Below the pieces are notes generated by a model that was given only the letters and a program-made list of their open reading frames with translations, was not told where the DNA came from and made no database searches. Below, one piece after another: positions 30,026 to 35,930 of a stretch of 35,930 bases of DNA. The position numbers and the translations under genes are program-made. This DNA is from a virus. Taxonomy: Duplodnaviria > Heunggongvirae > Uroviricota > Caudoviricetes. The first letter of the stretch is position 1. The number at the start of each line of letters is the position of its first letter. The DNA is taken from IMG/VR virus record IMGVR_UViG_2671180986_000014; one strand, written 5' to 3'.

Positions 30026-30753
30026 NNNNNNNNNNNNNNNNNNNNNNNNNNNNNNNNNNNNNNNNNNNNNNNNNNNNNNNNNNNNNNNNNNNNNNNNNNN
30101 NNNNNNNNNNNNNNNNNNNNNNNNNNNNNNNNNNNNNNNNNNNNNNNNNNNNNNNNNNNNNNNNNNNNNNNNNNNNNNNNNNNNNNNNNNNNNNNNNNNN
30201 NNNNNNNNNNNNNNNNNNNNNNNNNNNNNNNNNNNNNNNNNNNNNNNNNNNNNNNNNNNNNNNNNNNNNNNNNNNNNNNNNNNNNNNNNNNNNNNNNNNN
30301 NNNNNNNNNNNNNNNNNNNNNNNNNNNNNNNNNNNNNNNNNNNNNNNNNNNNNNNNNNNNNNNNNNNNNNNNNNNNNNNNNNNNNNNNNNNNNNNNNNNN
30401 NNNNNNNNNNNNNNNNNNNNNNNNNNNNNNNNNNNNNNNNNNNNNNNNNNNNNNNNNNNNNNNNNNNNNNNNNNNNNNNNNNNNNNNNNNNNNNNNNNNN
30501 NNNNNNNNNNNNNNNNNNNNNNNNNNNNNNNNNNNNNNNNNNNNNNNNNNNNNNNNNNNNNNNNNNNNNNNNNNNNNNNNNNNNNNNNNNNNNNNNNNNN
30601 NNNNNNNNNNNNNNNNNNNNNNNNNNNNNNNNNNNNNNNNNNNNNNNNNNNNNNNNNNNNNNNNNNNNNNNNNNNNNNNNNNNNNNNNNNNNNNNNNNNN
30701 NNNNNNNNGTACGCNNNNNNNNNNNNNNNNNNNNNNNNNNNNNNNNNNNNNNN

Positions 30754-32545
30754 CAATGTAGGTGGCAAAACACCCTGCATCAGCGGCAGCGAGTACCGCA
30801 TCCATTGCATCATCCTTCAGCCGTTGCGGGCCTTCCGGGTTGCGTGCCATCTGGCTGGCAAGGCGGCGGAGTTCACGCCATACCTGACGGGAGGGGATGC
30901 CAAAGAACTGGAACTGGCGGACCCGATGAAGACGCGCCCAGCCGATGGCGCGCTCCACGCTCTCGGCCATTGATTTTCCGGTTTCGTGGTCAACGCGTGG
31001 CTTGCCCGTTTTCGGATCGATGCCATCCACGGCGCGGCTGTCCAGGTTTTTTCCGATGTAGGTGGCGATGTAGCTGGTTGGCGTGCCTTTTGAGCCGTCT
31101 ACGTACTCTGCCTTAAAACGCGGAGTTATGTCATCGCCCAGCTCGTGGCGGTCTTCCTGAATGGCAATATCGCGGGTGATGGCCACGATGCTGTCGATTT
31201 CTTCCGGATGAGCAAAGACCATCATATGCCAGTGCACGGTGCCGTCATGGTGAGGCTCCACCGTGCGGATGCCATACCAGCGAAGACCGTCGCGGTTCNN
31301 NNNNNNNNNNCGGACCGCCGCAAAAAACGTGTTAACCAGGTAATCGCTGGAGTCGCGCATGGTGGCCCCGTTCCATTTGGGATTCGGATGACCGTTCTCC
31401 GTTGTGGCGTGGTATTTTGACGGGCAGGTGACAGTCAGAAACACCGCTCTGTCGCCACGGGCTTCGGCCAGAAGTTCCAGCCCCTTCATGGTGGCCATCA
31501 TTTCTGCCTTACGGTGAACCGGGTTACTTACTCCCGCGTAATACACCGTCTCGAGATCAATCGTGAACCCGTCTTCATTTTCCAGCATGAAACTTTTCAG
31601 AAAATCGCGTGTTTTCTCGCGCTGTGCGCGAAACTCGCTTAACGCGTCCTGGCTCAGATAGGGAGATGTTTTTCTGGAAACCAGACAGGCGGCGCGGAGT
31701 TGTTCTTCTCTCCACTCGCAACGTAACAGCCACAGTTTGCGTTTCCACCATTCCGCACAGGTCAGGCGAAGGATTGCGCCCGGCAGCAGCTCCGTGTCCG
31801 GTTCGTTCCTCCGGTCTTTGTCTGTTGTCAGTGCGTCATAATGTGGAGGCATGGCGTGCAGGTGTAACGCCATGCGGGCCAGCATCTGATACGCCTTCAG
31901 CGTTACATCCATGGTCAGTTCGCCATCAGTCGCGCCAAAGCCATCGCAGAGTTTTTCGAAGGTGCTGCTGAACATCGCCGCCGTCATGGTGGCCAGCGTC
32001 TGTATCTGGTGTTTGTTGAGCTGCGGCAGGTAAAGCAAATCGTCCAGGCGTTCGCGTCCGGCAAGGGAGCGATACCCCGGTGTCAGCCAGCGTCCGTCAG
32101 TGCGATCCAGACGTTCGAATATTTTGCGCAGGGTTCCGCGTGCATAGCGTTCCGCCTGCCAGCTCTTTTTGCCTTTCTGGCGATCGGATTCCTGTTTTTT
32201 GCGCAGGAAGGAGAGGTGGCGAATAAGCGGATCGCGCAGATAGGACGGCAGCAGGCGCAGCGAGGCCATGGCTTCATCCACCGCGCCGCGTGCCTGTTTT
32301 CTGGCGTCTCCTGCCAGTGTGATGGTTTTGTCCTGTTTTTCCTGTGCGTCCAGGCTTTTATTAATCAGGTTGCCCAGCGGCGTGGCGGAGAACGCCGCAT
32401 CAGCCATTTCCTGGCGGCGTTCGTTCTCTACCCGGTAGGCATCCAGCCAGGAGGAAAGCGCGGATTCAGGAGCGGGGATCCCCGTTCCTTCACGCCCCAC
32501 TGCGTGGCGCGGTTGTTGCCAGTCCCTGATGTACTCTGCCGTCAT
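30754..32545 (-). CDS. A: replication initiation protein A (rolling-circle HUH endonuclease), visible N-terminal ~600 aa; 3' end masked
   Basis: HUH-like VHWHMMVF and paired-Tyr SYIATYIGK motifs; large size; position in the early operon. Confidence 0.85.
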
Positions 32546-32551
32546 AGTGAT

Positions 32552-32917
32552 TTACTTCGTCATGCCATTCAGGGTGTCGCGGCAGACTGTAGCCAGCCGC
32601 TGAATTTCCAGCACGGTGTCTTCTGTGTCGGCATGGCGATGTGTGATGCGGATGCTGTCGGCAATCACATCGACGATTGCAGAGGATGGGCGCTGGTAAA
32701 TGCCAATAACGGACGGGGTGCCACCTTCAATGCGGTAAAGCCTGTAATTTCCCTCGTGGCTGTCAATCATGTAGCGACCATCAATAACAATCTTTCCGTC
32801 AGCGAGCTGCGGTACAGGCAGGGATTTCAGGTACATGTCATAACGATCACGCACGCGAGCGGCAAGATCACGCTCTGTGTTGAGCAGGTATTCAAGAAAG
32901 TCATTGGCGAGAATCAT
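32552..32917 (-). CDS. hypothetical early protein (121 aa) immediately upstream of A
   Basis: AAGAGGA ribosome-binding site; tight spacing to A; no family recognised. Confidence 0.55.
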   Translation of the reverse strand: MILANDFLEYLLNTERDLAARVRDRYDMYLKSLPVPQLADGKIVIDGRYMIDSHEGNYRLYRIEGGTPSVIGIYQRPSSAIVDVIADSIRITHRHADTEDTVLEIQRLATVCRDTLNGMTK

Positions 32918-32989
32918 TGCGGCAATCCTCTTGTTACAGATGTGCGAAGGCCTCCCTCCGCAAGGTGCAGGAAAGGCCCGGAACAGGAA

Positions 32990-33220
32990 TTAATGGAGTT
33001 TGTTTTGCTGCTGGATGAGCTGTTGAAGCTCGTGCAGATCATCCGCCAGATAGCTGAAAACAGAGGCGGAATAAATGTTTGATAGTGCGTGGCTGCGCTC
33101 ATGCAGCATATTGATGTGCATGATTTGCGCGACGCGTGATGCGCGGGAAAGTCTGCGGTTGATTTCAGTCTGGATGTGACGACGCTCCGCGATAGCGCGG
33201 TGTGGTTTGCGGTTTGCCAT
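32990..33220 (-). CDS. hypothetical early protein (76 aa)
   Basis: ORF with AGAGG upstream; no family recognised. Confidence 0.4.
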   Translation of the reverse strand: MANRKPHRAIAERRHIQTEINRRLSRASRVAQIMHINMLHERSHALSNIYSASVFSYLADDLHELQQLIQQQNKLH

Positions 33221-33397
33221 GGTGTGGCCTCTACGTGTGTAAGTTTTGAAAACTCACCATCCAGAGCTGCGAAACTGTGGGTGGCGAGACGTACGAGGTT
33301 CGCAGTACCGGCAAACGCAGAACCCGGCCCGACCGAAGTCGGCCCCGTACGCCCCACCATAATTCTGATGCGAAAAAGACGTGGCGATACAGTACGC

Positions 33398-33420
33398 ACA
33401 AAAAAACCGCTGGCGCGGTT
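33398..33420 (-). terminator. rho-independent terminator on the minus strand inside the early gene array
   Basis: aaccgc-tggc-gcggtt stem with a T7 run on the minus strand. Confidence 0.5.
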
Positions 33421-33542
33421 GTGCGCTACGTTTGTCAGCGGGCTGCGAAACCCGGCACCCGTTTTGTGAGGTGCAGCGGAAATGTAACCTGACTGATTGC
33501 GGCATGGCAAGCGGTTTTTTTGTGTGTGCATGTTCTGGTTTC

Positions 33543-34118
33543 TTACTGGTTCAGAAAAAAATCAAAAACCTTGTCAATGCGTTGCAGCAGCTCTTGCTGT
33601 ATTGCTTCCGGCGTTTCCGGTTCGCCGGGTGCCTCCAACGTCGCGCAGAAATCAGCGATTTCATGATGGAGTGTCAGGCGAATGGCAGGAGCCGTGGTTC
33701 TGGCGTGCTCCAGCTCATCCAGCAGTGCCAGCACAGCAGACGGCGAGAGCATTGCGCGAAACGCCAGTAATTTTTGATGCGTTGCCATTCGTTGAAGGTC
33801 AGTTGCCAGTTCGCGTAATTCCTGGTGGTTGATGGCGCTCATGCTCTGGNNNNNNNNNNNNNNNNNNNNNNNNNNNNNNNNNNNNNCCTTCAGTAGCTGG
33901 TTAAACATGTTGGTAAGTGGATTGCCGCACCCGAACGGCATCGGGTTTATCTGGTAAGAAAAGCGACCGCCTGTTTTGCGCTCTTTTCTTATGACTGAAC
34001 CGCTGCGCCAGAGTCGGCGTAACTCCGCATTAATGGCTGTGGTTGGGGTATTCAGTGCTGCGGCGATTTCTCCACCGCTACACCCCGGATTGGCAGCGAT
34101 ATAATCCAGAATGGTCAT
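33543..34118 (-). CDS. hypothetical early protein with predicted N-terminal winged-helix DNA-binding domain (37-N run inside)
   Basis: MTILDYIAANPGCSGGEIAAALN...LRRLWRSGSVIRK reads like a winged HTH; start overlaps upstream stop. Confidence 0.5.
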   Translation of the reverse strand: MTILDYIAANPGCSGGEIAAALNTPTTAINAELRRLWRSGSVIRKERKTGGRFSYQINPMPFGCGNPLTNMFNQLLKXXXXXXXXXXXXXQSMSAINHQELRELATDLQRMATHQKLLAFRAMLSPSAVLALLDELEHARTTAPAIRLTLHHEIADFCATLEAPGEPETPEAIQQELLQRIDKVFDFFLNQ

Positions 34119-34318
34119 CTGCGTGACTCCTGTACCTGTCGGATAAGGTTCACCTGCACCACATTCGTGGCGCAGAAGTAAGTGCCGTCAGTGAGATAGA
34201 TGTGATGTGCATCCTTTTCTGAACGGTGTTTGTCGATTGTGGTAATCAGGCGTTCGTCGACTTCGTATTCACGTCCTCTGGAGGTAAAACGAACGACAGG
34301 AAAATGCTTAATTGCCAT
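34115..34318 (-). CDS. hypothetical small early protein (67 aa)
   Basis: AAGGGGG ribosome-binding site; translationally coupled to the downstream gene. Confidence 0.45.
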   Translation of the reverse strand: MAIKHFPVVRFTSRGREYEVDERLITTIDKHRSEKDAHHIYLTDGTYFCATNVVQVNLIRQVQESRR

Positions 34319-34341
34319 TACGCCCCCTTTGTCCAGTAACC

Positions 34342-34758
34342 CTATGCGTTAAATACGGCACATTGCGCGTCATCAATGAATACAGCTTGAGAGCGTTCTA
34401 TCAGGCGGAGATTTGTCAGAAGCTCTGACTCTTTTGTGTGGTAAGGCGTTATCAGGTATTTGCCGTGCAGTTCGGCAATAATGGTGTATTGCAGCATCAT
34501 TGCTGAACCAAGAATATAAATGCAGCGTCCAGTGCTGGACGGATTCATGGCTGCAACTGTTGACTGTGTTTTAAGAGTGTCGATTTCTTTGCTCTGTTCC
34601 TCAATAACTTTGGCTGCTTCAGAGGTGGCTATTGCGATGGTCAGTGCGTAAAGCGCTGCCATATGTTGATTATCTTTCTGGGCTGCCCTGGACAGCTTGT
34701 CTTGCTCTGCTGACACTATTTTTAATGTATTGATAATATTTTTTTCTTTTGCGTTCAT
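34342..34758 (-). CDS. hypothetical protein (138 aa), AT-rich, likely accessory gene
   Basis: GGAGA ribosome-binding site; lower GC than flanking phage genes. Confidence 0.5.
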   Translation of the reverse strand: MNAKEKNIINTLKIVSAEQDKLSRAAQKDNQHMAALYALTIAIATSEAAKVIEEQSKEIDTLKTQSTVAAMNPSSTGRCIYILGSAMMLQYTIIAELHGKYLITPYHTKESELLTNLRLIERSQAVFIDDAQCAVFNA

Positions 34759-34850
34759 TTTATATCTCCGTTATTTACGTGTGCGAATACCTCCGCGAAT
34801 GCGGATAGTTTTCAGGTTTTCGGGTTTAATCTGGTGTTTTGTTTAAGCTG

Positions 34851-34964
34851 TTATTTGTCAGTGAAAAAGCATTCAATCTTTTTTACTGAATGAATAATTC
34901 GCATAATCCCAATGGTGCAGGCCACCGAAATAATCAGAACAAGCCATGAGATAAATATACTCAT
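34851..34964 (-). CDS. candidate small hydrophobic peptide (37 aa; below the track threshold)
   Basis: MSIFISWLVLIISVACTIGIMRIIHSVKKIECFFTDK; GGGGA upstream; start overlaps upstream stop (ATGA). Confidence 0.3.
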   Translation of the reverse strand: MSIFISWLVLIISVACTIGIMRIIHSVKKIECFFTDK

Positions 34965-35288
34965 GCGATATTCCCCAGCTTATACGGTTCAATGTGTTCC
35001 CCGCATTCTGCGGCACAGATCAGCTCGGAAAGTTCGTTAAGTGCATCCAGATCATCAGCGTAAAANNNNNNNNNNNNNNNNNNNNNNNNNNNNNNNNNNN
35101 NNNNNNNNNNNNNNNNNNNNNNNNNNNNNNNNNNNNNNNNNNNNNNAAAAAGCCACGTCATACAGACTCCGGATTGCCCTGGTCAATGAGTCACGGGCTG
35201 CACGTTCAGCATGAGCGCCTGATGCACTTAAGCGAAAATAAAATCGTTCAAGTGCTTTGTTAATGAGAGTTTTATATTCTTTGCCCAT
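34961..35288 (-). CDS. hypothetical protein; one or two genes spanning an 81-N run
   Basis: N-terminus MGKEYKTLINKALERF with AAAGGG upstream; C-terminal piece ends at 34961. Confidence 0.35.
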
Positions 35289-35299
35289 CGCAACGCCCT

Positions 35300-35578
35300 T
35301 TAATCTGCTTTCTGAATTTCAGCTTCTGAATCCATACAAATAATTTCGATATAGGGTTCATCGCCATTAACCTGACGTGCCTTTTCAGCTTCGCTAATGA
35401 TTTCTCGTACGGTCTGGTACGGAAGCTCCACAGTCAGGCGCGTACCGTTCAGATAAACGTAAGTAGCTGCGTTTTTTTCGGATGGAACAACTCCGTCAAT
35501 GGCTGATGCGCGTAATAACAGTTCACCGCGAAAATCAATAAAACGGATAAATACACCTTGTGCATGCTCTTTGGTCAT
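35300..35578 (-). CDS. hypothetical early protein (92 aa from ATG 35576-35578)
   Basis: AGGTG ribosome-binding site favours the internal ATG. Confidence 0.45.
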   Translation of the reverse strand: MTKEHAQGVFIRFIDFRGELLLRASAIDGVVPSEKNAATYVYLNGTRLTVELPYQTVREIISEAEKARQVNGDEPYIEIICMDSEAEIQKAD

Positions 35579-35588
35579 AAAGCACCTG

Positions 35589-35930
35589 TTATAAATCAGC
35601 CTGTTTAATAAAACTTTGCCCGCGAAGCAGACGATCAACCGTGCGAAGTGCTTCGTATAATGTGAAATCCTGCCCGAAGTGATTGTCGCCGCAGCTCAAT
35701 GCAAAAATGCGGTTTCCGGTAAACGGATTGCGTGGGCATTTGTGGACCACGATTCCAGCTTTCTCAATCAGCCAGGCATGCTCGCCGATTTGTTTTACTG
35801 GGTAGCCATCCGGCGTTGCGTGTGTTTCGCTCAGGCTGTAGCGAGAGTTGCTACGCGATGCACTGGTAGCGAAACGGTTAGCGTGGCGTTCAGCACCATT
35901 ACGAAAGCGTGAATTACGTTGCTGTTTCAT
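35589..35930 (-). CDS. hypothetical early protein (113 aa); start codon on the last three bases of the window, may extend beyond
   Basis: ORF with basic N-terminus; no family recognised. Confidence 0.4.
   Translation of the reverse strand: MKQQRNSRFRNGAERHANRFATSASRSNSRYSLSETHATPDGYPVKQIGEHAWLIEKAGIVVHKCPRNPFTGNRIFALSCGDNHFGQDFTLYEALRTVDRLLRGQSFIKQADL

Noticed and set aside
32914-33531. 205-aa minus-strand ORF across the early-region spacer
   Set aside because: Low-complexity Ser/Thr/Ala-rich translation, overlaps the terminator and hairpins and the better-supported 76-aa gene; no ribosome-binding site.
1-35930. tRNA, tmRNA or rRNA genes
   Set aside because: No cloverleaf-like or rRNA-like sequence recognised by eye; no integration-site tRNA visible.

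Overview
This 35.9-kb window covers most of a P2-like (Peduovirus-type) prophage lying next to the host gene flk in an Escherichia-like chromosome. About 7.3 kb is N-masked in some 24 runs, and run lengths do not preserve reading frame, so every ORF that crosses a run has uncertain boundaries. All protein identifications are by eye against family sequences recalled from memory; no search was run.

Layout, left to right:
- Host flk (1-996, minus strand).
- Cargo: a Com-like zinc-finger ORF overlapping a DPPY DNA methyltransferase (1226-2159), preceded by a cluster of three GATC sites.
- Late activator ogr and tail gene D (minus strand).
- Tail sheath FI, tail tube FII, chaperone E/E', tape measure T and U on the plus strand, i.e. 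inverted relative to the canonical P2 order.
- A C-terminal remnant of a second tail-fibre assembly gene (10256-10408).
- A canonical minus-strand late block: G, H, I, J, W, V, S, R, a lysis cassette (overlapped spanins, signal-anchored endolysin, two-TMD holin), X, L, M, N, O.
- Divergent terminase P and portal Q on the plus strand.
- An accessory hotspot between Q and replication gene A (25.0-30.0 kb), the most interesting part: two tandem paralogous genes of unknown function, a Phd/Doc toxin-antitoxin pair, a small protein carrying a ClpX-type zinc-finger domain, and a ParM actin-like partition ATPase with upstream hairpin repeats.
- Replication gene A and upstream early genes of unknown function to the right edge (minus strand).

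The integrase, the C repressor and the far attachment site are not in the window. No tRNA, rRNA or CRISPR array was seen, and a cos site was not found in the visible sequence.
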